A DNA stretch of 64,000 nucleotides from Macrostomum lignano (taxonomy: Eukaryota), in assembly GCA_002269645.1 (NCBI GenBank), contig NIVC01001372.1:186001-250000 (forward strand). The letters run 5' to 3'. The translations under genes were made by a program, and so were the position numbers. Positions 1 through 36,232 of the stretch are shown here, one piece after another (the first letter of the stretch is position 1; each line of letters starts with the position of its first letter). The notes beneath the pieces were generated by a model. It was not told the DNA's origin. It was given only the letters and a program-made list of their open reading frames with translations, and made no database searches.

Positions 1-58
1 GGAGAGAGGGAGAGAGGGAGAGAGGGAGAGAGGGAGAGAGGGAGGGAGAGAGGGAGAG
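1..58. repeat. GA-rich microsatellite (GGAGAGAG)n
   Basis: Direct reading. Confidence 0.9.
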
Positions 59-636
59 ATGCCGAGCGAGATGGGAAGAGGGACACCCAGAGCGGGGGCG
101 GTCACGCAGAGTCAACAAGGCCAGCAGCCCAGCCTGGACAAACAGGCCCTCAAACTGATGCAGGGGATTCTGAAGTGGTTTGGAAGGAGAAAATCTGTTC
201 GAGTCTCCAGCGCAAGTCAAACAGGACGAAGTGGTCAGCGCAAGGTCTTTGGTTGCTTAAGTAAAAGATGGCGGAACGCTTTGGGGTGCCGACAAGCAAA
301 CAGTGGAATGAAGCGAAAAGCTGGCTAAAAATTGACTTCGAGCCACTCTCACGGTCTTTCTCCAGGCTTTCCGGGCTTTAGGATTTTTTCTTAGAAAGGC
401 GACAAAGTAAGTCTCTCCACGGCTGGGAATTATGTAACTCCAGATAGTTACGTAATCGCCTCCGCGACAGATCATTTTCGTGAAAATAAAAAACGGAATT
501 TTTAACGAAACGAACGATTCCTCGGCAGTCTTTTTATTTTACGGAGCTTTTTCTTCTGTCTGGGAGACCAGCTGCTATCGCGAGGGGCTGCTTCTATCCT
601 GTCTATTACTCGCCTCGAAGATGGTGACATAGATAG

Positions 637-708
637 GGAGCCTTGGCCCAGTGGCCTGGCGCGAAACTCTGATGTGCCAGCGGCCCAGGTTCGATTCCAA
701 ATGCAGTC
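637..708 (+). pseudogene. tRNA-derived element (tRNA pseudogene or SINE head), Gln(CTG)-like
   Basis: A-box-like TGGCCCAGTGG (644-654) and B-box GGTTCGATTCC (688-698) at tRNA spacing; ACTCTGA anticodon-loop-like; stems do not pair well. Confidence 0.45.
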
Positions 709-777
709 ATATTGATTTGGAGCTAAATGGGAATCTTGGCTTGGCTCTGCTCGTGCAATTAACGCCCTTGAATGTGA

Positions 778-1932
778 AAGAGTGACAGGAGGAAAGAGTG
801 ACACGATGAAAGAGTGACACGATGAAAGAGTGACACGATGAAAGAGTGACACGATGAAAGAGTGACACGATGAAAGAGTGACACGATATGAAAGAGTGAC
901 ACGATGAAAGAGTGACACGATGAAAGAATGACACGATGAAAGAGTGACACGATGAAAGAGTGACACGATGAAAGAGTGACACGATAGAGTGACACGATGA
1001 AAGAGTGACACGATATGAAAGAGTGACACGATGAAAGAGTGACACGATGAAAAAGTGACACGATGAAAGAGTGACACGATGAAAGAATGACACGATGAAA
1101 GAATGACACGATGAAAGAGTGAACGATGAAAGAGTGACACGATGAAAGAGTGACACGATGAAAGAGTGACACGATGAAAGAGTGACACGATGAAAGAGTG
1201 ACACGATGAAAGAGTGACACGATGAAAGAGTGACACGATGAAAGAGTGACACGATGAAAGAGTGACACGATGAAAGAGTGACACGATGAAAGAGTGACAC
1301 GATGAAAGAGTGACACGATGAAAGAGTGACACGATGAAAGAGTGACACGATGAAAAAGTGACACGATGAAAGAGTGACACGATGAAAGAGTGACACGATG
1401 AAAGAGTGACACGATGAAAGAGTGACACGATGAAAGAGTGACACGATGAAAGAGTGACACGATGAAAGAGTGACACGATGAAAGAGTGACACGATGAAAG
1501 AGTGACACGATGAAAGAGTGACACGATGAAAGAGTGACACGATGAAAGAGTGACACGATGAAAGAGTGACACGATGAAAGAGTGACACGATGAAAGAGTG
1601 ACACGATGAAAGAGTGACACGATGAAAGAGTGACACGATGAAAGAGTGACACGATGAAAGAGTGACACGATGAAAGAGTGACACGATGAAAGAGTGACAC
1701 GATGAAAGAGTGACACGATGAAAGAGTGACACGATGAAAGAGTGACACGATGAAAGAGTGACACGATGAAAGAGTGACACGATGAAAGAGTGACACGATG
1801 AAAGAGTGACACGATGAAAGAGTGACACGATGAAAGAGTGACACGATGAAAGAGTGACACGATGAAAGAGTGACACGATGAAAGAGTGACACGATGAAAG
1901 AGTGACACGATGAAAGAGTGACACGATGAAAG
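778..1932 (+). repeat. 16-bp minisatellite (TGAAAGAGTGACACGA)n
   Basis: About 70 copies; reverse complement of the 10048-12005 array. Confidence 0.97.
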
Positions 1933-2549
1933 TGCTAGTGGATACACTAGTGGGACAGACATGGGTACAGGCCAAGGTACACCAATTTACTAACAAAAGT
2001 AGTGTTATCTTCACGCTAGTTCTAGGATAAGCAAATTCTTAGCAGTCCATGACTAGTTTCCAATCCAGATAAGGCTAACTCCTAGCAGTCCATGACTAGC
2101 CCAGATGACTCGCCAATGTATAGGTAGAATCGATCATAATAATTGGTCTGTAGGAAAAAAGATATAGGTAAGAAAAGATAGGGAATGAATGGACGAAATT
2201 CATGCAAGGCCTTGAAGAAAATGGCGGGTCTGTAACCAAGTCGAAAAATCAGCAGATTTTATCTGCCAGTATGGTCGAGGTAAAGAAAAAATAATGGAAC
2301 TGCTCATAGGCAAGCACACGCGATGGCACAGTATTATTCGCTCCGAGGCAACAAGAAAAGACAAATGAGGCCAGGGAGAAGGTTCAGATGAAGAGGAGGG
2401 AGATGCGAGGGGAGATACAAAAGAGGGAAGCAGAAAAGCGTTGCAAAGCGAGTTTGCAGTGACGTTGGCCAAAGCTAGGGAGGTAACGGAGACTGCAGCT
2501 TATGCAAATAATTGCTCAGAATGGTAGACAAGGTCGTGAGGGGGTCCAG

Positions 2550-3050
2550 GGGCTGTTAGAGCTTTAAAATGGTTGTCAGGAGCTGTTAGAGCTTTAAAAT
2601 GGTTGTCAGGAGCTGTTAGAGCTTTAAAATGGTTGTCAGGAGCTGTTAGAGCTTTAAAATGGTTGTCAGGAGCTGTTAGAGCTTTAAAATGGTTGTCAGG
2701 AGCTGTTAGAGCTTTAAAATGGTTGTCAGGAGCTGTTAGAGCTTTAAAATGGTTGTCAGGAGCTGTTAGAGCTTTAAAATGGTTGTCAGGAGCTGTTAGA
2801 GCTTTAAAATGGTTGTCAGGAGCTGCTAGAGCTCTAGAATGGTTGTCAGGGCTTGTTAGAGCTGACTCTCAGGAGTTGTCAGAGCTCTACAATGGATCTC
2901 AGAAGTTGTTAGAGCTCTATAACGGGTGTCAGGAGATGTCAGGACCTCTAGAACGGGTGCCAGGAGATGTCAGGAGCTCTAGAACGGGTGTCAGGAGATG
3001 TCAGGAGCTCTAGAACGGGTGTCAGGAGATGTCAAAAGCTCTATAGAATG
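2550..3050. repeat. 30-bp minisatellite (AGCTGTTAGAGCTTTAAAATGGTTGTCAGG)n with degenerate tail
   Basis: About 9 near-perfect copies. Confidence 0.95.
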
Positions 3051-3559
3051 GGTGTGTCAGGGCAGATTGAAGACCTTAAAAAGTTATAAAAAAATATGCG
3101 TATATCTCAATCGCTAGCTTACATAGCATTTTAACAAGATGCAACACAACTTACTTTTATTTATTTAAGTTGAAGCGTCACTGTTCGATTAGAAAACGAT
3201 AGGCAAGCATTAGCATGGAAGGAGAGGCGATGAGTGAGTTATAAAATCAAACCTTGGTCAGCGAGATCTCAGATTCAGCCAATCAGCAAGCAGAGACAGA
3301 TTTTGTGAAGCCAGGTGGGCCAATACTGCAGCAGTTGAGTGAATGGCACTGAATGCTGAATCATTCTTTTTATTGCAGTTAAACGCTAGGATTTTCCAGA
3401 ATTGAATTACCAGAATATTTTAGATATAAAAACCTCGAATCAGCTTTTTTAGGGTCGAGCAATCACACCTCATTATGTAGGAAAACATGTTTATGTGGCT
3501 AGCTTTGATGACACAATATTCACCTAAATCTGAAGTGAGCTCATCGTATTAGCTAGTAG

Positions 3560-4585
3560 GTTTTATTACCCTGCGCATCTCATTATTCACTGGATTTTAT
3601 TACCCGACGCATCTCATTATTCACTGGATTTTATTACCCGACGCATCTCATTATTCACTGGATTTTATGACCCAACTCATCTCATGATTCACTGGATTTT
3701 ATTACCCAATTCATCTCATTATTCACTGGTTTTTATTACCCAATTCATCTCATGATTCACTGGATTTTATGACCCATTCATCTCATGATTCACTGGATTT
3801 TATTACCTAATTCATCTCATTATTCACTGGATTTTATTACCCAATTCATCTCATGATTCACTGGATTTTATTACCTAATTCATCTCATGATTCACTGGAC
3901 TTTATTACCCAATTCATCTCATGATTCACTGGATTTTATTACCCAATTCATCTCATGATTCACTGGATTTTAAGACCAAACTCATCTCGTTATCTAAAGA
4001 ATTTTATGATTTTTCATGACCCAACTCATCTCACTACGAGTATCCAAAGGATTTTAAGACCCAACTCATCTCGTTATCTGAAGGATTTTATTACCCAACT
4101 CATCTCGTTATCTGAAGGATTTTCTTACCCAACTCATCTCGTTATCTGAAGGATTTTATTACCCAACTCATCTCGTTATCTGAAGGATTTTATGACCCAA
4201 CTCATCTCGTTATCTGAAGGATTTTATGACCCAACTCATCTCGTTATCTGAAGGATTTTAAGACCCAACTCATCTCGTTATCTGAAGGATTTTATTACCC
4301 AACTCATCTCTTTATCTGAAGGATTTTATTACCCAACTCATCTCGTTATCTGAAGGAATTTATGACCCAACTCATCTCGTTATCTGAAGGATTTTATGAC
4401 CTAACTCATCTCGTTATCTGAAGGAATTTATGACCTAACTCATCTCGTTATCTGAAGGATTTTATGACCTAACTCATCTCGTTATCTGAAGGAATTTATG
4501 ACCTAACTCATCTCGTTATCTGAAGGATTTTATGACCTAACTCATCTCGTTATCTGAAGGATTTTATGACCCAACTCATCTCGTT
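3560..4585. repeat. Two adjacent related 34-bp minisatellites (core ACCCAAYTCATCTC...GGATTTTA)
   Basis: Variant 1 at 3560-3970 (attcactggatt); variant 2 at 4020-4585 (ttatctgaaggatt). Confidence 0.93.
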
Positions 4586-5169
4586 TTTCACTTGTTTGTT
4601 TGATCTAGAATTTAACCCTTTTACCAATAAATAATTTTTACGATTTAACTAGTACCTCTATGGTAATTTCGAACCCTTTCAAAATGCAATTTTTGATCTA
4701 AAAGACGTGTCACTATATGACAGTATCGCAGCACCACTTCAAGTTGTCTCAAGTGGATTGTTAAAAAAGGATTCAAAAAGCGTTGTGACTGAGCACCACT
4801 CTGACTCTGCTCACCAGCTCCAGACTCACAATCTCAGGAAGTGGAAGTGGAAGATCCCGCAGCTTCATCTAAGAGCTTACTGACGGATTCATTTTAACAA
4901 AAGCTTGAATATTTAAACTGTCCTAGTCACGGGGAGGATTTTTTGGGGAGTGAATTTGGGGGTATAGCATTCAAAGGGCATCAGTTATTATGATGGATTA
5001 AAATAGATTAATAATAATAGTCGACAGGTCAGGGTTGGGCTGTGTTTGTGCCATGCTTGTGACTATATGCTTTTGTCATAAGTTATGATTTTGCTAAATT
5101 TACTGGTAAATTATAGTGCTATAGAAGTCACTCGCACCCGATATTCACGGCTTCACAGTTTTCATGCAA

Positions 5170-6036
5170 GCTTTCACAGGCCTCAGAGTAAATCTTCACA
5201 AAGTTCATTTAAGTTGAACTTCAATTTCCAGATCTCAAGCAAGTCTTCACGGACCTCAAGCAAGTCTTCACACAGATCTCAAGTAAGTCTTCACAGACCT
5301 CAAGCAACTCTTCACAGACCTCAAGCAAGTCTTCACAGACCTCAAGCAAGTCTTCACACAGATCTCAAGTAAGTCTTCACAGACCTCAAGCAACTCTTCA
5401 CAGACGTCAAGCAACTCTTCACAGACCTCAAGCAAGTCTTCACACAGCTCTCAAGCAAGTCTTCACAGACCTCAAGCAAGTCTTCACACAGATCTCAAGC
5501 AAGTCTTCACAGACCTCAAGCAAGTCTTCACACAGACCTCAAGCAAGTCTTTACACAGATCTCAAGCAAGTCTTCACAGACCTCAAGCAAGTCTTCACAC
5601 AGCTCTCAAGCAAGTCTTTACAGACCTCAAGCAAGTCTTCACACAGATCTCAAGCAAGTCTTCACAGACCTCAAGCAAGTCTTCACACAGACCTCAAGCA
5701 AGTCTTCACACAGATCTCAAGCAAGTCTTTACAGACCCCAAGCAAGTCTTCACAGACCTCAAGCAAGTCTTAACACAGACCTCAAGCAACTCTTCACAGA
5801 CCTCAAGCAAGTCTTCACACAGATCTCAAGCAAGTCTTCACAGACCTCAAGCAAGTCTTCACACAGACCTCAAGCAACTCTTCACAGACCTCAAGCAAGT
5901 CTTCACACAGACCTCAAGCAAGTCTTTACACAGATCTCAAGCAAGTCTTCACAGACCTCAAGCAAGTCTTCACACAGATCTCAAGCAAGTCTTCACAGAC
6001 CTCAAGCAAGTCTTCACACAGACCTCAAGCAAGTCT
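5170..6036. repeat. 21/23-bp minisatellite (CACAGACCTCAAGCAAGTCTT)n
   Basis: Direct reading. Confidence 0.95.
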
Positions 6037-6114
6037 AACTCTAGTTCTTCTGGAAAAATATACCTGAAAAAGTTTCTATTGACAAGATAAAAACACTCGA
6101 GTCGCTTTACTCAC

Positions 6115-28714
<22,600 letters not shown>

Positions 28715-28746
28715 TGCTGCTGCTGCTGCTGCTGATGAACCTGCTC

Positions 28747-28785
28747 CTGTGGAAGCAGACGAGGGAGAGAGAGAGAGCAAAGGTT
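28747..28785 (-). promoter_or_regulatory. Strong 3' splice acceptor (polypyrimidine tract + CAG) in the 5' UTR of gene A
   Basis: Minus strand ttgctctctctctctccctcgtctgcttccacag| lies 32 nt upstream of the ATG. Confidence 0.5.
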
Positions 28786-29114
28786 AGATATAAGGAAAAA
28801 TATCGCAGCAGAACAGAGTCTGCAACATGTAACAGAATAATGGGTTAGCCAGGAGAGACACCGACTGCATGCGCCTACAGTGTGGACTTTATACAGTTTA
28901 TGAAAGAAAAAATAATCGCATAAATTTCTGGTGCAACTGTGCCGCCCGCACAAGATCAGTCTCGGTAGACTGCAAATTGAATTGTCTGTTCTTTCTAAGA
29001 AACAGTCGCATTAATTCTATCGGATTGACTGCACAGCTTAAGGCTAAACAGCTTTGGCTTAGAATTGTAAGGAACCTCCACTTTCATAATTTTCATTGTC
29101 CCACCCACTACATG

Positions 29115-29412
29115 CTTCACAACTGCACAAGACCTAAACTACACAAGACCTAAACTACACAAGACCTAAACTGCACAAGACCTAAACAAGACAAGACCTA
29201 AACTACACAAGACCTAAACTACACAAGACCTAAACTACACAAGACCTAAACTACACAAGACCTAAACTACACAAGACCTAAACTGCACAAGACCTAAACT
29301 ACACAAGACCTAAACTGCACAAGACCTAAACTAGACAAGACCTAAACTACACAAGACCTAAACTTCACAAGACCTAAACTGCACAAGACCTAAACTAGAC
29401 AAGACCTAAACC
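29115..29412. repeat. 16-bp minisatellite (CCTAAACTRCACAAGA)n
   Basis: About 17 copies. Confidence 0.95.
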
Positions 29413-30171
29413 CCTTACTATCTGGACAAGATTCTGGATAATTTCCAAACTGCAAAACAGATTTCGTCAAACTTGGTCGCGATCTTGAAAATTAGTGACG
29501 CAGAATAGTTTTTCTTTATTTTGCCTTGCTTTTTTGTTAGGAAAAAATGCGTGTTCCATGTCAAAAGTTTGGCTAGATAAACTTCGGTTTTTACTAAGCC
29601 TTCACTCAGTATAATAGAAACCCATGGATAACTTACTATACTTATTTAATATCAGTGAATCATACTGCATATTCGGCTATCAGGACTCGTTCACGCCTGA
29701 CTGGAAAACTCTCGACAGTCCCACTTGGCACCTCTTCAGTTCCACTCTGAGATGAGATTTCAGCTTATGCGGAATCTAAACTGTAAGTTCAGCTTTGGGG
29801 CCTCTTTCCATAGATTCACGCTGTGAAGCTTCATCCAGGAAGCTATTCCAAGCGTGAAGTGACACCACAGGACTGCCTCCCTCTCTGTGTGTCTCTCTCT
29901 CTCAACTTGATAATTGTATTAATAAACAAAAGTGAACAGTCAGATTGATCCGCTGATGAGGATGAACCATCATAAATCTATTAAATGCATTGGGGATGCT
30001 GACTAAAGCTTTTTAATTGCGCTGATGCTATTTTAGCATATCCAAAGGTAAAACTGAGGAGTTGATGGAGCTGTGCGTTCTGAAACTGCATGACCAAGTA
30101 AAAAAACAGAGTTTTTCAGGATTTTTTAGTTGGGTTTTATATTGCAGGGCGTTGTTTTCTGAAAATGCTCA

Positions 30172-31200
30172 GTTTGGGATCTGAGGGTGTCATTTAGGTA
30201 TCCGAGGGGGTATCATTTAGGGATCTGAGAGGGTGTCATTTGGGATCTGAGAGGGTGTCATTTGGGATCTGAGAGGGTGTCATTTGGGATCTGAGAGGGT
30301 GTCATTTGGGATCTGAAAGGGTGTCATTTGGGATCTGAGAGGGTGTCATTTGGGATCTGAGAGGGTGTCATTTGGGATCTGAGAGGGTGTCATTTGGGAT
30401 CTGAGAGGGTGTCATTTGGTATCTGAGAGGGTGTCATTTGGGGATCTGAGAGGGTGTCATTTGGGATCTGAGAGGGTGTCATTTGGGGATCTGAGAGGGT
30501 GTCATTTGGGGATCTGAGAGGGTGTCATTTGGGATCGGAGAGGGTGTCATTTAAGTATTTGAGAAGGTATCATTTAGGGAGCTGAGAGGGTGTTATTTGG
30601 GGATCTGAGATGATATCATTTAGGGATCTGAGAGGGTGTCATCTGGGTATCTGAGAAGGTGTCATTTGGGATCTGAGAGGGTGTCATTTGGGGATCTGAG
30701 AGGGTGTCATCTGGGTATCTGAGAAGGTGTCATTTGGGATCTGACAGGGTGTCATTTGGGATCTGAGAAGGTGTCATTTGAGATCTGAGAGGGTGTCATC
30801 TGGGTATCTGAGAAGGTGTCATTTGGGATCTGACAGGGTGTCATTTGGGATCTGAGAGGGTGTCATTTGGGGATCTGAGAGGGTGTCATTTGGGGATCTG
30901 AGAGGGTGTCACTTGGGGATCTGAGAGGGTCTCACTTGGGTATCTGAGAGGGTGTCACTTGGGGATCTGAGAGGGTGTCACTTGGGGATCTGAGAGGGTG
31001 TCACTTGGGGATCTGAGAGGGTGTCACTTGGGTATCTGAGAGGGTGTCACTTGGGGATCTGAGAGGGTGTCATTTGGGGATCTGAGAGGGTGTCATTTGG
31101 GGATCTGAGAGGGTGTCATTTGGGGATCTGAGAGGGTGTCACTTGGGTATCTGAGAGGGTGTCACTTGGGTATCTGAGAGGGTGTCATTTGGAGATCTGA
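30172..31200 (+). repeat. 22/23-bp minisatellite (GGATCTGAGAGGGTGTCATTTG)n, left arm of an inverted pair
   Basis: Reverse complement of the 32960-33605 array. Confidence 0.96.
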
Positions 31201-31824
31201 CGTTGAAAATTACGGCATTTTCGCATTACTGAGCACAACTCAAAATTAGCCACAACAGTAAAAGAGTCATCATATGCACAAAAAAGTGCGAAACCTAACG
31301 AACTGCTGAAGCAGAAACTGGAGGAAAAGAAGAAATTCACACGGTTGCTCGTAAAACTTTCCCGTCCTGTTATTGTTTTGTTGCATTTTTCTGCTTCTTT
31401 ACTTTCGCGCGCGGTTTTTATTGCTTTTAATTCCGGGGGCGGTATCTGGGGGAGGCCCCAGGGGAGACCCAGCTTTGCTGAATGCACACTAAAGGAAACT
31501 CGCTGACTCACACGTCTCGCTCGGTGTGACTTCACAGCGAGTTTTAGCTGACGCTTTTCAAAACTGTTGAAATTTATTTTACTGTGTACCTATGCGTGCG
31601 GCGAAATGAATGAGGTTGCTTTGTCAAAATGATAAAGTGCTGGCGTAAGTAAGTAAACTGCGCATGTTATTGGCGTTGCTGACTTGAAAATTTTCGAAAA
31701 AAACACTACTTATGTTGTTTTGCTAAGTTTCTACACTTTATCTTAATGGTTTGCTTCAATAATTAAATCTATAAAGCTAAAATCCTTCTTTTAAAAATGA
31801 AATTGGTAGGATTGGAGTTTGGGA

Positions 31825-32550
31825 GAGAGGGACTTCTGGAGACAGGGATAGAGCGAGAGGGAGGGAAGAGAGAGAGAGAGAGAGAGAGAGAGGGGAGAGG
31901 GAGGGAAGAGAGAGAGGGAGAGAGAGAGGGGGAGAGAGAGGGGGAGAGAGATGGAAGAGCGAGAGAGGGAGAGGGAGAGAGAGGGGGAGAGGGAGAGAGG
32001 GAGAGGGAGGGAAGAGAGAGGGAGAGAGAGGGGAGAGGGGCGGGAGAGAGAGGGAGAGAGAGGGGGAGAGAGAGGGGGAGAGAGGGAGAGAAGGGGAAAG
32101 AGAGGGGGAGAGAGAGGGGAGAGAGGGAGAGAAGGGGAAAGACAGGGGAGAGAGGGGGAGAGAGAGAGGAGAGAAAAGGGAGAGAGGGGGAGAGAGGGGA
32201 GAGAGAAGGGAGAGAGGGGGAGAGAGGGGAGAGAGGAGGAGAGAGAGGGGGAGAGAGAGGGAGAGAGGGGAAGAGAGAGGGGAGAAAGGCGGGAGAGAGA
32301 GGGGGAGAGAGAGGGAGAGAGGGGGAGAGAGAGGGGAGAGAGGGGGAGAGAGGGGAGAGAGAGGAGAGAGAGGAGAGAGGGGGAGAGAGAGGGGGAGAGA
32401 GAGGGGGAGAGGGGGAGAGAGAGGGGAGAGAGGGAGAGAGAGGGGAGAGAGAGGGGAGAGGGAGAGAGGGGGAGAGAGAGGGGAGAGATAAGGGAGAGAG
32501 GGGGAGAAGAGAGAGGAGAGAGAAGGGAGAGAGGGGGAGAAGAGAGAGCC
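31825..32550. repeat. GA-rich low-complexity tract
   Basis: Direct reading. Confidence 0.92.
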
Positions 32551-32959
32551 TACAGCACACGCTATGATAATTCAGAAATGGCTAAAGCACTGACTATAAG
32601 TGTCCAACTCCTAGTGAGTGGGCACCTATGCATGCTGATGAAGAGCCACGGAAACTGCCTTCACGCAAGACCCGCACTCCAGTTGAGCAGGTTTTCAGCG
32701 CCATCAGAAGTGGAACAACTTAAGAAAGAAGCTGTGGTTTATTATTCAAGTTTTATGGATGCCCCGCCCAGAAATTTGTTGAAGTAGTCTCTTAAGCTGC
32801 CTCTTGTTCTACAGTTTCTGGCATAAGATTCTAATTAATTTATGATTGCAAAATGCGAATTGATAATTACTAAATTACTGAAAGTAGATTTGGGTTAAAC
32901 TGATTGTGTGACAGGTTCTTAACGGTGTCAATCGACAAGTGAAATTTATAGGTGGCAGG

Positions 32960-33605
32960 TGACACCCTCTCAGATCCCAAATGACACCCTCTCAGATCCC
33001 CAAATGACACCCTCTCAGATCCCAAATGACACCCTCTCAGATCCCAAATGACACCCTCTCAGATCCCCAAATGACACCCTCTCAGATCCCAAATGACACC
33101 CTCTCAGATCCCCAAATGACACCCTCTCAGATCCCCAAATGACACCCTCTCAGATCCCCAAATGACACCCTCTCAGATCCCCAAATGACACCCTCTCAGA
33201 TCCCCAAATGACACCCTCTCAGATCACCAAATGACACCCTTTCAGATCCCAAAATGACACCCTCTCAGCTTCCCAAATGACACCCTCTCAGATCCCCAAA
33301 TGACACCCTCTCAGATCCCCAAATGACACCCTTTCAGATCCCAAAATGACACCCTCTCAGATCCCCAAATTACACCCTTTCAGATCCCAAAATGACACCC
33401 TCTCAGATCCCCAAATGACACTCTCTCAGATCCCCAAATGACACCCTCTCAGATCCCCAAATGACACCCTCTCAGATCCCAAAATGACACCCTCTCAGAT
33501 CCCTAAATGACACCCTTTCAGATCCCAAAATGACACCCTCTCAGATCCCCAAATGACACCCTCTCAGATCCCCAAATGACACCCTCTCAGATCCCCAAAT
33601 GACCT
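32960..33605 (-). repeat. 22/23-bp minisatellite (CAAATGACACCCTCTCAGATCC)n, right arm of an inverted pair
   Basis: Direct reading. Confidence 0.96.
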
Positions 33606-34257
33606 CTTTCGCTCTAGGGAACATGCGTTCATGCAACAACACTCTGCTGGCGAGTACAGCACCCAAACACACGTGTCTCCACCCAAGAAGTTAGTTAAGC
33701 CCGCCGAGCATTCGACATGCGCGCAAAGAAATTGAATTTGACCTCGTCAAAAAAATGAGAGAAACAGGGGGTGAATTGTATATTGGCTGCTCTGCTCAAA
33801 GGCCAGCTCAGGAAATTAGGTTGCTGACTGACTGAGCTCGTTGGTCTTCTCCCAGTGCGGACCCCTTCAGCTCAGGGTTTCGTATTAAACCGAGCAGTCG
33901 TTTCCTATAAAGCCTGTTATAATTCTTAATTAGTCGGGCTTAGTCGTGGAAGGGTTAATCACTGCATGCATTCGTCGGGCAGTTCGTCTGTTCTTCCATA
34001 ATAAATGTCTTTGTACTTTGCACATGGTTACGGATATTTCACTATTAGGCCTCATTGTAAAATTATGATAATATTGATGATTTTTACTGCACAGTTATAC
34101 ATTGAGAAGGGGGGAGCAGTTTTACAGATTTTATGGCCAGAGACTACAGGCACTACTAGAGCTACTACTAGAGCCACTATTGTTTAGAATAGTTAGACTA
34201 TTGTTGTGCTAATTCTATGAAGTAATTCTGTAAAGTAATTCTATGCTGTTTAAACTG

Positions 34258-34705
34258 TTCTCTCTCCCTCGCTTCCTCTTCCTTTTCTCTTTCCTCTCCT
34301 TCCACCTCTCCCTCTCCCTTACCCTCTTCCTCACCCTCTCTCTCACCCTCTCCCTCACCCTCTCCCTCACCCTCTCCCTCTCTCTCTTCCTCACCCTCTC
34401 CCTCACCCTCTCCCTCACCCTCTCCCTCACCCTCTCCCTCTCCCTCTCCCTCTCCCTTTCCCTCACCCTCTCCCTCACCCTCTAACTCACCCTTTCCCTC
34501 ACCCTCTCCCTCACCCTCTAACTCACCCTTTCCCTCACCCTCTCCCTCAGACTCTACCTCATCTCTCCATCTCCCTCTCTCTCACACTCCACCCTCTTCA
34601 TCACCCTCTACCTCTCCCTCTCTCTGTCTCCTTACCTCTCCATCTCACTCTCCGTCTCCCTCTCCCTCACCCTCAAAGCCTCAACTTACCCTCTCCCTTG
34701 CCCTC
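34258..34705. repeat. CT-rich tract (CTCACCCTCTCC)n
   Basis: Direct reading. Confidence 0.9.
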
Positions 34706-35334
34706 TCATTTACCGTCCTAACCTCTCATAAGCTTCATTTCTAGAAAGCACCATGCTCACTTATATTATGAAAAACGAAGGTTTATTACATGAAATGAAA
34801 ACCACATCCGTCTTTATAGACTCTTACCTCTATCTATCCAGATGAAGCGCAGTTTCGTTGATAGCTTGTAACAGTGATCGTCCCTTAGTTAGATACGGTG
34901 TCGCTAGTAATTTTTTTATGCAAAACCTTCATTTAGTAGTGCTATTGATTATCTGTTGCTGGCTGCTTCTTGGCTGACTGTTAATATAAATTCTAATATG
35001 AAAATTTTAAAAGCCTAAAAAAAGGCTTTTTCTGTTTTTAGAGAAAAATTCCCACGATAAAGTGGAGTTTGCAACGATCACCGCCGCCTCTTACCTTTTT
35101 TAGCACAATGGCCTGGCTTTTTATTATTTGAGGCCGGGAGGGCTGCTTCATACAGCCAGCTGCAATATCATTGGCTCCGATCGCTGACCAATGAGAGTGC
35201 AGGAAACGGGCTTGGACACTAAACTAAGGCGGAAACAAACAACTCCAGCTCCAGAAGTCTCTCTATCCGGCCCGACTGCACGAGGGCCCTTTGAAACTTC
35301 ACAATAACAATACGGCCTGCTCAGGGTTTGTCTC

Positions 35335-36232
35335 TTCTAATCTCTCTCCTGTTCTCTCCTGTCTAACCTTCTTACTCTCCTCTCCATTCTCGCATCTCTT
35401 CTCTCCATTCTCGCATGTCTCCTCTCCTCTCCTCTGCTCTCCTCTCCTCTCCTCTCCTCTCCTCTCCTCTCCTCTCCTCTCCTCTCCTCTCCTCTCCTCT
35501 CCTCTCCTCTCCTCTCCTCTCCTCTCCTCTCCTCTCCTCTCCTCTCCTCTCCTCTCCTCTCCTCTCCTCTCCTCTCCTCCTCTCCTCTCCTCTCCTCTCC
35601 TCTCCTCTCCTCTCCTCTCCTCTCCTCTCCTCTCCTCTCCTCTCCTCTCCTCTCCTCTCCTCTCCTCTCCTCTCCTCTCCTCTCCTCTCCTCTCCTCTCC
35701 TCTCTCTCTCCTCTCCTCTCTCTCCTCTCCTCTCTCTCTCCTCTCCTCTCCTCTCCTCTCCTCTCCTCTCCTCTCCTCTCCTCTCCTCCTCTCCTCTCCT
35801 CTCCTCTCCTCTCTCTCCTCTCCTCTCCTCTCCTCTCCTCTCCTCTCCTCTCCTCTCCTCTCCTCTCCTCTCCTCTCCTCTCCTCTCCTCTCCTCTCCTC
35901 TCCTCTCCTCTCTCCTCTCCTCTCCTCTCCTCTCCTCTCCTCTCCTCTCCTCTCCTCTCCTCTCCTCTCCTCTCCTCTCCTCTCCTATCTTCTCCTCTCC
36001 TCTCCTCTCCTCTCCTCTCCTCTCCTATCCTCTCCTCTCTTCTCTTCTCCTCTCCTCTCCTCTCCTCTCCTCTCCTCCTCTATCTTCTCCTCTCCTCTCC
36101 TCTCCTCTCCTCTCCTCTCCTCTCCTCTTCTCTCCTTTTCTCTCTTCTTCTATTTTGTCTCTCCTCTCTTCTCATCTATTTCATCGCCTCTCATTTCTCC
36201 GATCTCTCCTCTCTCTTGTTTATTCTCTCTCT
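35335..36232. repeat. (CTCCT)n pentanucleotide microsatellite
   Basis: Direct reading. Confidence 0.96.

Noticed and set aside
502-2014. Long ORFs of 377-486 aa (SLFHRVTLSSCHSFIV repeats), and likewise 9902-12507
   Set aside because: Stop-free translations of the 16-bp minisatellite, open in all three frames; the 10-12 kb copy is antisense inside a gene A intron.
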